Notes: generated by a model from the letters alone, not told the origin. 64,000 nucleotides of DNA from Chloroflexota bacterium (GCA_042408535.1 JBHORA010000076.1:624-64623); one strand, 5' to 3'; counted from the stretch's first letter, positions 47,893-57,063 are shown. Program-made: numbers and translations.

Positions 47893-48594
47893 ATGCAGGT
47901 CGACCTCCGAATCCTTCGCTATGACCCCGAGCGGGACAGCCGGCCGCACTGGGAGCGCTACAGCGTCGAGGCCGAACCGACAGACCGGGTCCTCGACCTC
48001 CTCCACAAGGTGAAGTACGAGCAGGACGGAAGCCTCACCTTCCGACGGTCCTGCGCCCACGGCATCTGCGGCTCCGATGCCATGCTCATCAACGGCCGGA
48101 ACCGGCTTGCCTGCAAGATCCGTCTCGACCAGCTCGGCCGGGGCCCCGTGAGCGTCGCCCCGCTGCCCGGTCTGCCGGTCGTCAAGGACCTTGTCGTCGA
48201 CATGGAGGGCTTCTTCGCCAAGTACCGACGGGTCATGCCCTTCCTCGTCGCCGAGGGCCCGGCCCCCGAGCGGGAGCGTCGCCAGTCGCCGGCGGAGCGA
48301 GCTCGCTACGACGACACGACGAAGTGCATCCTTTGTGCCGCCTGTACCTCCTCCTGCCCGTCCTTCTGGGCCCAGCCGCGGTACATTGGACCGGCGGCGA
48401 TCGTGAATGCCCACCGGTTCATCTTCGACTCCCGGGACGAGGCCGCCGACGAGCGGCTCGAAATCCTCGCCGAGCGGGACGGGGTCTGGCACTGCCGGAC
48501 GATCTTCAACTGCGTCGACGCCTGTCCGCGGGGGATCAAGATCACCCAAGCGATCCTCGAGGTGAGCGGGGCGATCGTCGAGCGGCGGACGTGA
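47893..48594 (+). CDS. sdhB: Succinate dehydrogenase iron-sulfur subunit
   Basis: 2Fe-2S motif (RRSCAHGICGSDAMLINGRNRLAC), then CILCAACTSSCP and CRTIFNCVDACP clusters. Confidence 0.96.
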   Translation: MQVDLRILRYDPERDSRPHWERYSVEAEPTDRVLDLLHKVKYEQDGSLTFRRSCAHGICGSDAMLINGRNRLACKIRLDQLGRGPVSVAPLPGLPVVKDLVVDMEGFFAKYRRVMPFLVAEGPAPERERRQSPAERARYDDTTKCILCAACTSSCPSFWAQPRYIGPAAIVNAHRFIFDSRDEAADERLEILAERDGVWHCRTIFNCVDACPRGIKITQAILEVSGAIVERRT

Positions 48595-48706
48595 CGGCCG
48601 CCGGCTCGACCGCCCGTCCACCGGGGAGCGCTGACCGGGTTGAAGCGCGGCGATCCGTTCGGATGGCCGCAGGACCGAAGCCGCCCGCTGGAACGCGGCG
48701 CCCAGG

Positions 48707-49201
48707 ATGACGACCCCGGATGGTCGTCGGCTCCTCCTCCGGGCCGACGGCGCGGCTCGGGGCAACCCGGGACCCGCGGCCATCGGGGTCGTCCTCGTCG
48801 ACGCGAGCGTTCCCGGGGCATTCTCGCCCGACGCCGAGCCCCTGGCGACGATCTCGGCAGCCCTCGGCCGAACGACGAACAACGTCGCCGAGTACACCGC
48901 CGTCATTCGCGGCCTCGAGCTCGCCCACGAGCTTGGGGCCCGGGAGGTCGAGCTCCTCCTCGATTCCCAGCTCGTCGTCGAGCAGCTCCTCGGCCGCTGG
49001 CGGGTCCGGGATCCGAAGCTCGTCCCGCTCTGGACGGCGGCCCGGCGGGCCCTCGCTGCCTTCGACCGCTGGTCCGCCCGTCACGTCCGGCGGGCCGAGA
49101 ACCGCGCGGCCGACGCCCTCGCGAACGCTGCCCTCGACCGGATCGCTCGGGGTGGGCCGGCCTCCGTCGTCCGTCGGCCTGGGGGCGCGGGTGGGTCCTG
49201 A
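48707..49201 (+). CDS. Ribonuclease H (type 1) family protein
   Basis: ADGAARGNPGPAAIGVVL, NNVAEYTAVIRGLE, LLLDSQLVVEQL, ENRAADALANAA (DEDD-type catalytic pattern). Confidence 0.85.
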   Translation: MTTPDGRRLLLRADGAARGNPGPAAIGVVLVDASVPGAFSPDAEPLATISAALGRTTNNVAEYTAVIRGLELAHELGAREVELLLDSQLVVEQLLGRWRVRDPKLVPLWTAARRALAAFDRWSARHVRRAENRAADALANAALDRIARGGPASVVRRPGGAGGS

Positions 49202-49226
49202 CCTGGAAGAGGCCGCGGGGTAGAAT
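49198..49226 (+). promoter_or_regulatory. Candidate rnpB promoter CTGACC-17-TAGAAT
   Basis: -10 TAGAAT at 49221-49226. The predicted RNase P RNA 5' end (49233) is 7 nt downstream. Confidence 0.55.
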
Positions 49227-49232
49227 CGCGAG

Positions 49233-49590
49233 CGCCAGCGAGGCGATCGGACGGTCGCGCGCTCGCTCCCTGAAAAGGGGCGGAGCGTGAGGAAAGTCCG
49301 AGCTCCCCAGCGCAGGGTGGCGGGTAACGCCCGTCCGCCGTGAGGCGAGGACGAGTGCCACAGTGACGATGCCGGCCTCTCGGCCGGAGTGAAACGCGGC
49401 AAACTCCACCCGGAGCAAGGCCAAGTAGGAGGGCGCAACCCGGTGCCCCAGCACCGGGGGACGAGGTCGCGCTGCCCAGCCCTCGGGTCGGCCGCTCGAG
49501 CCGTCGGGTAACCGGCGGCCTAGATGGATGACCGTCGCCGCACCGTGGGGTGCGGTACAGAACTCGGCTTACAGATCGCGCTCGCTGGCG
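49233..49590 (+). ncRNA. rnpB: RNase P RNA, bacterial type A
   Basis: Universal elements GAGGAAAGTCCG (49289-49300), GGGTAACGCC, AGTGCCACAG, GTGAAAC...AAACTCCACC, CCTAGATGGATGAC and ACAGAACTCGGCTTAC. P1 pairing: 49233-49242 with 49581-49590. A T-run follows. Confidence 0.95.
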
Positions 49591-49691
49591 TTTTTCGCGC
49601 CGCGCATCCTCGTGCGGGGCGACGCCACTCGGTCCTTCGTCCGTCGGTCAGGCTTCGTCCGGGCGCCCGTCAGGCTTCGCCCGGCTTTCCG

Positions 49692-49934
49692 TCAGTCTTC
49701 GTCGGGGCGGAAGATGTGGGCGGCTGTGCAGGCATTGCAGATCGGCGTCGCTGAATCGAGGTTGCCGAGGGGGAGCGGCCGGCGTCGGTCCGGATAGAGG
49801 CACTCGACGACATAGAGGCCCTCCCCGGCGCGCCCGAGGTTGCTCATCCGCCGGAACGTGCAGCGGCGGATTCGCTGGGGTGCCAGGGTCTGCGGTTTGG
49901 CGTCGGGAGAGGCGACGGGAAGGGGGAGGGCCAC
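49692..49934 (-). CDS. Small Cys-rich hypothetical protein (C-x19-C-x19-CxxC)
   Basis: 80-aa ORF (GTG start) with good GC3. An internal ATG would give a 51-aa alternative. Confidence 0.4.
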   Translation of the reverse strand: MALPLPVASPDAKPQTLAPQRIRRCTFRRMSNLGRAGEGLYVVECLYPDRRRPLPLGNLDSATPICNACTAAHIFRPDED

Positions 49935-50212
49935 GATTGAGCCTCGGGGGTTTCGAGGGCGACGGATGGCGAGCGGGTGATCGTCGAGGCGAGCCTAGCA
50001 CTTCGGTCTCGCACCGAGCAAGGCGAGAAAGGTCGTTCGATCTCGCCGAAGGTACTACCTCCGGACCCTCTCTCGCTCCCGACGTCGCCCCGGTGGGCGG
50101 AGGCGAGGGCCCGAGCCGGCTAGACTGGCGGGGCGATGCCGAGCCCGGTTGAACGTTCCGCCCGCAGCCAGCGACGGGGCAGCGGAGCAGGCTGCCCGAT
50201 CCACGGCGACGG

Positions 50213-51247
50213 ATGAGCGGCAGCAGCCCGCCGTTCGACCCTCCGGCCGGTGGCGACGGGATCGCTCCCGACACGCATCCGGCCTGTCCGTTCCTGTCAC
50301 CGGGCGGTCTCCAGGAGGCGGCAGCCCGAGCTGATCTGTGCCTCGCCGGTGATCGCCAGCTTGCCCTCAGCCCCCTCCAGGTGGCCCTCGTCTGTCGGGG
50401 CGAACTCCAGGGCGACTGCCCTCGCTTCCTCGGCGCCGTGCGACGCGGGCGGCGAGCCCCGATGCCACCGGCGTCGGCGACGAGCGGCACGCCGGCGACG
50501 GCGAGGGGAGCGGCTTCGGAAGCGGTGGCTGAGGGTCCAGCAACGCCTGCGTCCGCCGCCACGACCAGCTCGCCCCTGCCCTCGAGGGAGGTGGGCGCGG
50601 AGGGGGAGAGCGCGGCCGAGACCGAGGTGAAGGCAGCGAGGGTCGAAACGGCGAGGGCCCGCGAGCCGAGGGCCCGGGCAGCGAAGCTCCGGGCAGCGAA
50701 GCTCACGGCGGCAAAGCTCCGGGCAGCGAACGATCTCGTCGTCGGCTTCGGGTCGACCCTGGCCGAGCTACCGCGAGCCCGCGTCCTTGCCCTGGCTGTC
50801 CTCCTCGTCGCCGTCCTCCTCGCCGCCGTTGGGTCCCTTCGGCCGGGAGGGTTGACGATCGCTCGTCTCGGCCTCTCGCCGACAGCGACGAAGATCCCCG
50901 AGGCGACGCCCGCACCGAGCGAGCCGCCGGCGCCCTCGCCGTCGCCTTCGGTCGGAGTGAGTCCCTCGTCGAGTCCGATCCCGTCGCCATCCCCGTCGCC
51001 CTCGCTTTCGCCGTCGCCTTCGGCTTCGGTCGCGCCGAGCCCGACGAGCGATCGGTACGCCCTCCTCGAGCCCTGCCCGGACCGGCCGGACTGCTATGTC
51101 TACACGGTCCGACAGGGCGACAGCCTCTGGGGCATCAGCCGCTACTTCGGTGTCCCCTTGGCGACCATCGACGAGCTCAACCCCTGGGTCCGGACGACGG
51201 GACTCCGGGCCGGCCAGAAGCTCGTCCTGCCCCCTCCGACCCGCTAG
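50213..51247 (+). CDS. LysM-domain membrane protein (Cys-rich cytoplasmic N-terminus, TM segment, Pro/Ser linker, C-terminal LysM)
   Basis: C-terminal LysM (YTVRQGDSLWGISRYFGVPLATIDELNPWVRTTGLRAGQKLVLP). TM segment VLALAVLLVAVLLAAV. AAKLRAAKLTAAKLRAA from a 15-bp repeat at 50678-50731. Confidence 0.75.
   Translation: MSGSSPPFDPPAGGDGIAPDTHPACPFLSPGGLQEAAARADLCLAGDRQLALSPLQVALVCRGELQGDCPRFLGAVRRGRRAPMPPASATSGTPATARGAASEAVAEGPATPASAATTSSPLPSREVGAEGESAAETEVKAARVETARAREPRARAAKLRAAKLTAAKLRAANDLVVGFGSTLAELPRARVLALAVLLVAVLLAAVGSLRPGGLTIARLGLSPTATKIPEATPAPSEPPAPSPSPSVGVSPSSSPIPSPSPSPSLSPSPSASVAPSPTSDRYALLEPCPDRPDCYVYTVRQGDSLWGISRYFGVPLATIDELNPWVRTTGLRAGQKLVLPPPTR
50678..50731 (+). repeat. 15-bp in-frame tandem repeat x3.6 inside the LysM protein gene
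   Basis: GCAGCGAAGCTCCGG / GCAGCGAAGCTCACG / GCGGCAAAGCTCCGG / GCAGCGAAC. Confidence 0.9.
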
Positions 51248-51492
51248 TCGACGTCCCCACCGGCTTCGGGGCACGAAGGGCTGCCCTGATCGGGCCGGCC
51301 AGGCTCCTCGGCGCCGCCGGCGGGCTCCTCGGCGCCGCCGCCAGGCCTGCGGTCGGGCTCCCCGCGGCAGCGCCCCTGCTCCTCTGCCGTCCTTCGGCGA
51401 CCGACAGGGCCACGGCAGCCGCGCTTCCTCTCGGACGGCATCGTGGTCCGCCCGACGCTCCGCGGACGAGCGTCGATCGCGCGATTTCGGGG

Positions 51493-51520
51493 TTGACGGG
51501 GCGCCCCGACGGGCTAGAAT
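51493..51520 (+). promoter_or_regulatory. dcw/mraZ promoter TTGACG-16-TAGAAT
   Basis: -35 at 51493-51498, -10 at 51515-51520, about 100 nt upstream of the mraZ start. Confidence 0.65.
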
Positions 51521-51526
51521 GCAGCG

Positions 51527-51552
51527 AAGTGGCACCAAGTGGTGCCAAGTGG
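51527..51552 (+). promoter_or_regulatory. Three direct AAGTGG repeats at 10-bp spacing (candidate MraZ operator)
   Basis: AAGTGG at 51527, 51537 and 51547, immediately downstream of the -10 element. Confidence 0.6.
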
Positions 51553-51617
51553 GGCATCCGCCCATCCCTCCGGCGGCCAGGGCGCCGTCGCCAGCCCGGA
51601 CGAGGACAACCAGCAAG

Positions 51618-52046
51618 GTGTTCACCGGCGAGTACCGGCACTCGGTGGACGAGAAGGGACGGATCGCCGTCCCGGCCCGCTTCCGCTCGCAGCTCGCGGG
51701 CGGTGCCTACCTCTCGCGCTGGATCGACGGCTGCCTCGCGATCTTCCCGGGTCAGGCCTGGGAAGAGCTCGCGTCGAAGGTCGCCGCCCTCCCGATCTCC
51801 GACCCCGGCTCCCGGGCCTTCGCCCGCTTCCTCTTCGGCGGCGCGGTCGAGCTCGAGCTCGACCGCCAGGGTCGGGTCCTCGTTCCCGCCTATCTCCGCG
51901 AGTGGGCGGGCCTCGCCACCGAGGCCGTCGTCCTCGGCGCCCGCGATCACGCCGAGATCTGGGCGCCGGACCGCTGGGACGCGGCGCGCCGGGAGCTGAC
52001 CGATCCCGCCGCCCTCGCCGGAAGGCTCGAAGGACTCGGGATCTAG
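51618..52046 (+). CDS. mraZ: Transcriptional regulator MraZ
   Basis: GTG 51618. VFTGEYRHSVDEKGRIAVPARFR ... LDRQGRVLVPAYLR (duplicated SpoVT/AbrB-like DxxGR motifs). The rest of track ORF 51096..52046 is rejected. Confidence 0.93.
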   Translation: MFTGEYRHSVDEKGRIAVPARFRSQLAGGAYLSRWIDGCLAIFPGQAWEELASKVAALPISDPGSRAFARFLFGGAVELELDRQGRVLVPAYLREWAGLATEAVVLGARDHAEIWAPDRWDAARRELTDPAALAGRLEGLGI

Positions 52047-52103
52047 GGGGGACCAGATGCGCTTCCAGGGTCCGCTCGGGTACCGACCACCGGGGGTGGC
52101 ACG

Positions 52104-53051
52104 ATGGTGACGGATGGGCACCTGCCGGTCATGGCGAACGAGGTCATCGAGATGCTCGCGCCGACCCCCGGCAGCCGGCACATCGACGCCACCGTCGGTG
52201 GCGGTGGGCACACCGAGCGGATCCTGGAGGCGAGCAGCCCCGACGGGCGGGTCCTCGGCCTCGACGCCGATCCGGCGGCGATCGAGCGCGCCCGGGTCCG
52301 CCTCGCCCGCTTCGGGGAGCGGGTCGTCCTCCGGCAGGCGAACTTCCGGGAGCTCGGACGGGTCGCGCCGGAGGCCGGCTTCGAGGCCGTCGAAGGCTGC
52401 CTCTTCGACCTCGGGCTCTCGTCCGAGCAGCTCGCCGACCGGCGTCGTGGCTTCGGGATCCGGACCGGCGGCCCCCTCGATCTTCGCTTCGACCCGAGCG
52501 GCGGGAGGCCTGCGGCCGAGCTCCTGGCGAGTCTCGGCCAGCGCGAGCTCCGGACGCTCTTCCGGCGGTACGGCGAGGAGCCCTTCGCCGACCGGATCGC
52601 GCGCGCCATCGTCGAGGCCCGGAAGGTAGGACCGATCGAGCGGGCCGAGGACCTGGCGAGCCTCGTCGAGGCGACCGTCCCGACCCCCCTCCGCGGCCGG
52701 CGCCGGATCCACCCGGCGACGCGGGTCTTCCAGGCCCTCCGGATCGCCGTCAACGACGAGCTCGAGGCGCTCCGGGAGGGACTCGTCAGCGCCGTCGACC
52801 TCCTCCGGCCCGGTGGGCGCCTCGTCGTCCTCTCGTATCACTCCCTCGAGGACCGGATCGTGAAGCGCTTCATCGCCGGCGAGCGGCGCGGCTGTACGTG
52901 TCCGCCGGAAGCACCGGTCTGCGTCTGCGGTCGCCAGCCGCGACTCCGCCCCCTCACCCGGCGTCCGCTCCGGCCCGGCGCCGTCGAGGTTCTGAGGAAC
53001 CCTCGGGCCCGAAGCGCCCGCCTTCGGGCTGCCGAGCGTCTGGCCGCCTAG
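52104..53051 (+). CDS. rsmH: 16S rRNA (cytosine1402-N4)-methyltransferase
   Basis: HLPVMANEVIEML, DATVGGGGHTERIL, FDLGLSSEQL, SYHSLEDRIVKRF. Confidence 0.95.
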   Translation: MVTDGHLPVMANEVIEMLAPTPGSRHIDATVGGGGHTERILEASSPDGRVLGLDADPAAIERARVRLARFGERVVLRQANFRELGRVAPEAGFEAVEGCLFDLGLSSEQLADRRRGFGIRTGGPLDLRFDPSGGRPAAELLASLGQRELRTLFRRYGEEPFADRIARAIVEARKVGPIERAEDLASLVEATVPTPLRGRRRIHPATRVFQALRIAVNDELEALREGLVSAVDLLRPGGRLVVLSYHSLEDRIVKRFIAGERRGCTCPPEAPVCVCGRQPRLRPLTRRPLRPGAVEVLRNPRARSARLRAAERLAA

Positions 53052-53117
53052 GCGACAAGGGAGGTTTCGACCGGCCGGCGGGCGGCCGGGCGAGACGCAC
53101 CAGGGAGGAGCAAGACG

Positions 53118-53336
53118 ATGGCCAAGCGTCACCAGAGCCGCCGCCGTCGGGCGTACGGTCCGCGCGTGCACGAGCTCCACGAGCGCCGGAGCCGACAGCG
53201 GGGCGAGGACGTCCGGAGGTGGCTCGCCCTCGCCCGCGGCAGCCAGGACGTTTTCGTCGACCAAGCCACTGAGTCCGTCGGAGCACCGGTCCGGCCTGGC
53301 GGCCACGAGGCCGTCGGCGTGCGGGTAGCCGACTGA
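53118..53336 (+). CDS. Small basic hypothetical protein between rsmH and ftsL
   Basis: 72-aa ORF preceded by GGGAGGAG. Good GC3. Its stop overlaps the ftsL-like ATG (TGATG at 53334-53338). Confidence 0.45.
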   Translation: MAKRHQSRRRRAYGPRVHELHERRSRQRGEDVRRWLALARGSQDVFVDQATESVGAPVRPGGHEAVGVRVAD

Positions 53337-53716
53337 TGGCTGTCTACGAGGGAGCGCGTCCACGACCCGGTCTCGTCCTCCCTCGACGGCAGGGCATCGG
53401 CGTCGGAGCCGTTCCCCGTCGTCGACTCCGGGGCGTCGTTCGAGCCGAGCGTCGCCCGCGGCGGCTCGGCCTCGTCCTCGGCGGGATCGTCGTTGGTTTC
53501 CTGCTCGCCTTCTTCTCCCTCGCCCAGACGGTCCGGGTCGCGGCGACCGGCTACGAAGCCGAGCGCTTCGCAACGGAGCTCGAGCAGCTCGACGCGCGGG
53601 CGCGCGACCTCCGGTCCGACCTCAACCGCCTCGGCCGGGAGCCGGCCGTCCGCAAGCAGGCGACGGACCTCGGTCTCGTCCCCCTCGGCGATCCCCTCGT
53701 TCTGCCGGCCCGCTGA
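53336..53716 (+). CDS. ftsL: Cell division protein FtsL-like (single TM + coiled coil)
   Basis: 126 aa with a basic N-terminus, TM segment LGLVLGGIVVGFLLAFFSL, then a coiled segment (ELEQLDARARDLRSDLNRL). In the canonical position upstream of ftsI. Confidence 0.7.
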   Translation: MAVYEGARPRPGLVLPRRQGIGVGAVPRRRLRGVVRAERRPRRLGLVLGGIVVGFLLAFFSLAQTVRVAATGYEAERFATELEQLDARARDLRSDLNRLGREPAVRKQATDLGLVPLGDPLVLPAR

Positions 53717-53737
53717 GCTCCTTCCGATCGTCCGTCG

Positions 53738-55537
53738 ATGCTCGGTCGGACCGATTCCCGCCCGCGCCACCTCCTCGTCCTCGCCGTCCTCCTCGCCCTG
53801 GCGGCGAGCCTCGTTCTTCGCCTCGGCTACTGGCAAGTGGTCGAGGCCGGCAGCCTCGCCGCCCGGGCCCGCGAGCAGACGACGATGCGGATCGAGGAGG
53901 CCCCGCGACGGGGTGAGATCTACGATCGGAGCGGGACGGTCGTCCTGGCGACGACGGTCGATCGCTACACCGTCGCCGTCGCCGCCGATCGGCTCGATCC
54001 CGAGGCGCAGGCAACCCTCACCGACCGACTCGCCGAGCTCCTCGACCTTGACGCGGCCGGCCGGGCGACCCTCGTCGACCGCCTCGCCACGAGGCGGCCC
54101 TACGTCGTCGTCGCCCGCGACCTCGACGAGGCGGCGGCCTCTCGGATCCGCGCCGCCGTCGCGGACGGGCGGCTCTCGAACGTGAGCCTCGAGGCGACCC
54201 CCGTTCGGGTCTATCCCCAGCCGGGCGGGGCCCCCGAGACGTCCCTCGCCTCGCAGATCCTCGGCTTCGTGAACCGCGACGGCGTCGGTCAATACGGGGT
54301 TGAGCAGCGCTACCAGGAGGTCCTCGCCGGGACGCCGCGGGTCGTCCTTGCCCAGCGCGACTCGGCGTCGCGGCCGATCCCGGACACCGAACAGGTCATC
54401 GACCCTGGGACGCCAGCCCTCGATCTCCGCCTGACGATCGATGCCGGCCTGCAGCTCAGCGTGGAGCAGGAGGTCCTTGCCGCCTGGGTCGCCGACCGGG
54501 CGGCAAGCGTCTCGGCGCTTGTCATGGATCCGGCGACGGGGGCGATCTATGCCTCGGCGTCCATCCCAGCCTACGACGCCAACGCCTTCGCCCAGGTGGC
54601 GGCTCGCGACCCCGCTCGCTTCGTCGATCCCGTCGTCGGCCAGGTCTACGAGCCGGGCTCGGTCATGAAGATGCTCACCGCCGTGGCCGCCCTCGAGCGC
54701 GGCGTCGTCGGCCTCAAGACGCCGATCCAGGACACCGCCTCCCTCATCCTCGACGGGGGTCGGACCTCGGTCAGCAACGCCGACCGGAAGGGGATGGGGA
54801 GGATCCCCTTCGAGGACGTCATCGCCTACTCGAGGAACGTCGGGGCGGCGCGGGTCGCGCGACTCCTCGGTCCGACCGTCCGCGATGCCGCCGTCGCCCT
54901 CTATGACACCTGGTCGCGCTTCGGGATCGGCTCGCCGACGGGGATCGATGTCGCCGGCGAGGTGCCCGGTCTCGCTCGCGACCCGCGGATCAGCGCCTGG
55001 CGCGAGATCGACCTGGCGAACGCCGCCTTCGGCCAGGGGGTCGCCGTCACCCTCGTCCAACTCGCGACGGCCTACGCGGCAATGGTGAACGGCGGGACCC
55101 TCGTGACGCCCCACGTCGTCGCCGCCATCGGCGAACGGGAGACGGCTCCCGCGCCTCGTGCCACTGGCCTCGTCGGTCCGGCCCTCCGCGACGAGCTCGT
55201 CGGGCTCATGGCCCACGTCGTCGAGAGAGTCCCGTTCTACCGTGACCGAACCCTCGTCCCGGGCTACGTCGTGGGCGGCAAGACGGGAACGGCCCAGATC
55301 TGGGATCCCACCCTCAACGAGGGCGCTGGCGGCTGGATCCCAAACATGTACAACTACACCTTCGTCGGTTACATCGGGCGGACCGAGCCCGAGCTCATCG
55401 TCGCCGTCCGCATCGCCCGCGCCGAACCGAAAGCCCCGCGCGCCGGCTACCAGGTCTTGCCCATCTACTCCTTCGAGCTCTTCCGCCGAATCGCGACCGA
55501 CGCCATGACAAGCCTCGACCGGGGGGGCCGCCAGTGA
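53738..55537 (+). CDS. ftsI: Peptidoglycan D,D-transpeptidase (class B PBP, FtsI)
   Basis: N-terminal TM and PBP dimerisation domain. Motifs SVMK (SxxK), SRN (SxN), KTGTA. Confidence 0.92.
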   Translation: MLGRTDSRPRHLLVLAVLLALAASLVLRLGYWQVVEAGSLAARAREQTTMRIEEAPRRGEIYDRSGTVVLATTVDRYTVAVAADRLDPEAQATLTDRLAELLDLDAAGRATLVDRLATRRPYVVVARDLDEAAASRIRAAVADGRLSNVSLEATPVRVYPQPGGAPETSLASQILGFVNRDGVGQYGVEQRYQEVLAGTPRVVLAQRDSASRPIPDTEQVIDPGTPALDLRLTIDAGLQLSVEQEVLAAWVADRAASVSALVMDPATGAIYASASIPAYDANAFAQVAARDPARFVDPVVGQVYEPGSVMKMLTAVAALERGVVGLKTPIQDTASLILDGGRTSVSNADRKGMGRIPFEDVIAYSRNVGAARVARLLGPTVRDAAVALYDTWSRFGIGSPTGIDVAGEVPGLARDPRISAWREIDLANAAFGQGVAVTLVQLATAYAAMVNGGTLVTPHVVAAIGERETAPAPRATGLVGPALRDELVGLMAHVVERVPFYRDRTLVPGYVVGGKTGTAQIWDPTLNEGAGGWIPNMYNYTFVGYIGRTEPELIVAVRIARAEPKAPRAGYQVLPIYSFELFRRIATDAMTSLDRGGRQ

Positions 55538-57063
55538 TCGGCGCCACCGGGGCCGCGTGCCGGGCGAGGCGCGGCGAAGCCTATGCGACACTAAAAACCG
55601 TGAATGCCCTCTCACCATCCGACGCCGGGACCCGGCCCGCTCTGGCTCCCGAGGACCTGGCGCGGCTGACGAGCGGGCGCCTCGTCATTCGGGGCCACCG
55701 CGCGATCCGCGGCGCGGCCGTCGATTCGCGTCGCGTCGACCAGGGCCGCCTCTTCGTGGCCCTCGCCGGTGAGCGTACCGATGGGCACCGTTTCCTCGGC
55801 GAGGCCCTGAGCCGGGGTGCAGCGGGACTCCTCGTTCGGACCGACTGGCCCCTCGACGCCGAGACCGTCGAGTCGGCCGAGGCGGCAGGGGCGACGATCT
55901 GCGCCGTGCCCGACCCGCTCCGCGGCCTCCACGCCCTCGCCGGGGCCTGGCGGCGCCGCTTCCAGCCCCTTGTCGTCGGTGTCACCGGGAGCATCGCCAA
56001 GACCTCGACGAAGGAGGCGATCGCCGCCGTCCTCGGTGCCCGCCTTCGGACGCTCAAGAACCCGGGCAACCTCAACAACGAGATCGGCCTCCCGCTCACC
56101 GTCCTCGACCTCGGTCCCGAGCACGAGGCCGCCGTTCTCGAGATGGGGATGTACGTCGGCGGCGAGATCGCCGAGCTGGCTCGGATCGCCCGCCCCCGGA
56201 TCGGGGTCGTCACCGCCGTCCAGGAAGTCCACCTGTCGCGGATCGGCTCCCTCGATGCCATCGAGGCGGCCAAGGCCGAGCTCGTCGAGGCGCTCCCCCC
56301 GGGCGCCGACGGTGGCCTCGCGGTCCTCAACGCCGACGACCCACGGGTGGTCCGGATGGCGGACCGGACGGACGCCGCGGTCCGAACGTACGGCTTCGAT
56401 CCCGGCGCGGCGGTGACCGCCCGTGCCGTCCGCTCCCTCGGGTTCGACGGGATGGCCTTCGATCTCGTCGTCGACGGCCGCGCCACCTCGGTCCGGCTGC
56501 CGGTCCTCGGTCGCCTCGCCGTCCACAACGCCCTCGCCGCAGCAGCCGTCGCGTCGGCCGTCGGCCTCGGGCTCGACGAGATCGCAGCGGCCCTCGGCGC
56601 GGGCTGGTCCGTCGAGCGCCGCGGGGCCGTCGTCCAAGCCGCCGGCGTCGCCATCGTCGACGATAGCTACAACGCCTCGCCGGGCTCGGTCCGGGCCGCC
56701 CTCGATCTCCTCGCGGGCCTCCCCGGCCGCCGGATCGCCGTCCTTGGCGAGATGCTCGAGCTCGGGCCTGCCCACGAGCGCGGCCACCGATCGGTCGGCG
56801 AGGCGGCGGCGACCGTCGTCGATTGGCTCGTCGTCGTCGGCGACGGGGCTCGCGGCATCGCCGAGGGGGCGCAAGCGGCGGGCCTGCCGGTCGATCGGCT
56901 CTTCCATGTTGCCGATCGGGACGGCGCCGCTCGCGTCCTCCTCGACCTCCTCCGGCCGGGGGACGTCGTCCTCGTCAAGGCATCGCGCGGCGTCGCCCTC
57001 GATGTCCTCGTCGACGAGCTCGTGCGGCGTCTCGGCGGCGGTTGCTCGGGGACGCAGCCGTGA
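55534..57063 (+). CDS. murF: UDP-N-acetylmuramoyl-tripeptide--D-alanyl-D-alanine ligase
   Basis: VDSRRVDQGRLFVALAGERTDGHRF, GVTGSIAKTSTKE, NNEIGLPLT. GTGA overlap with ftsI at 55534. Low-GC3 codons over 55570-55620 make GTG 55600 a plausible alternative start. Confidence 0.88.
   Translation: MIGATGAACRARRGEAYATLKTVNALSPSDAGTRPALAPEDLARLTSGRLVIRGHRAIRGAAVDSRRVDQGRLFVALAGERTDGHRFLGEALSRGAAGLLVRTDWPLDAETVESAEAAGATICAVPDPLRGLHALAGAWRRRFQPLVVGVTGSIAKTSTKEAIAAVLGARLRTLKNPGNLNNEIGLPLTVLDLGPEHEAAVLEMGMYVGGEIAELARIARPRIGVVTAVQEVHLSRIGSLDAIEAAKAELVEALPPGADGGLAVLNADDPRVVRMADRTDAAVRTYGFDPGAAVTARAVRSLGFDGMAFDLVVDGRATSVRLPVLGRLAVHNALAAAAVASAVGLGLDEIAAALGAGWSVERRGAVVQAAGVAIVDDSYNASPGSVRAALDLLAGLPGRRIAVLGEMLELGPAHERGHRSVGEAAATVVDWLVVVGDGARGIAEGAQAAGLPVDRLFHVADRDGAARVLLDLLRPGDVVLVKASRGVALDVLVDELVRRLGGGCSGTQP

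Noticed and set aside
46075-48906. 943-aa minus-strand ORF, with other long antisense ORFs (53129..55618, 58024..59790, 60940..63156, 36992..38884, 32226..34022)
   Set aside because: They are antisense to strongly supported genes (sdhAB, ftsI, murD, murG/murB, mutase, pccB). Their translations are low-complexity with no domain signatures, as is typical of shadow ORFs.
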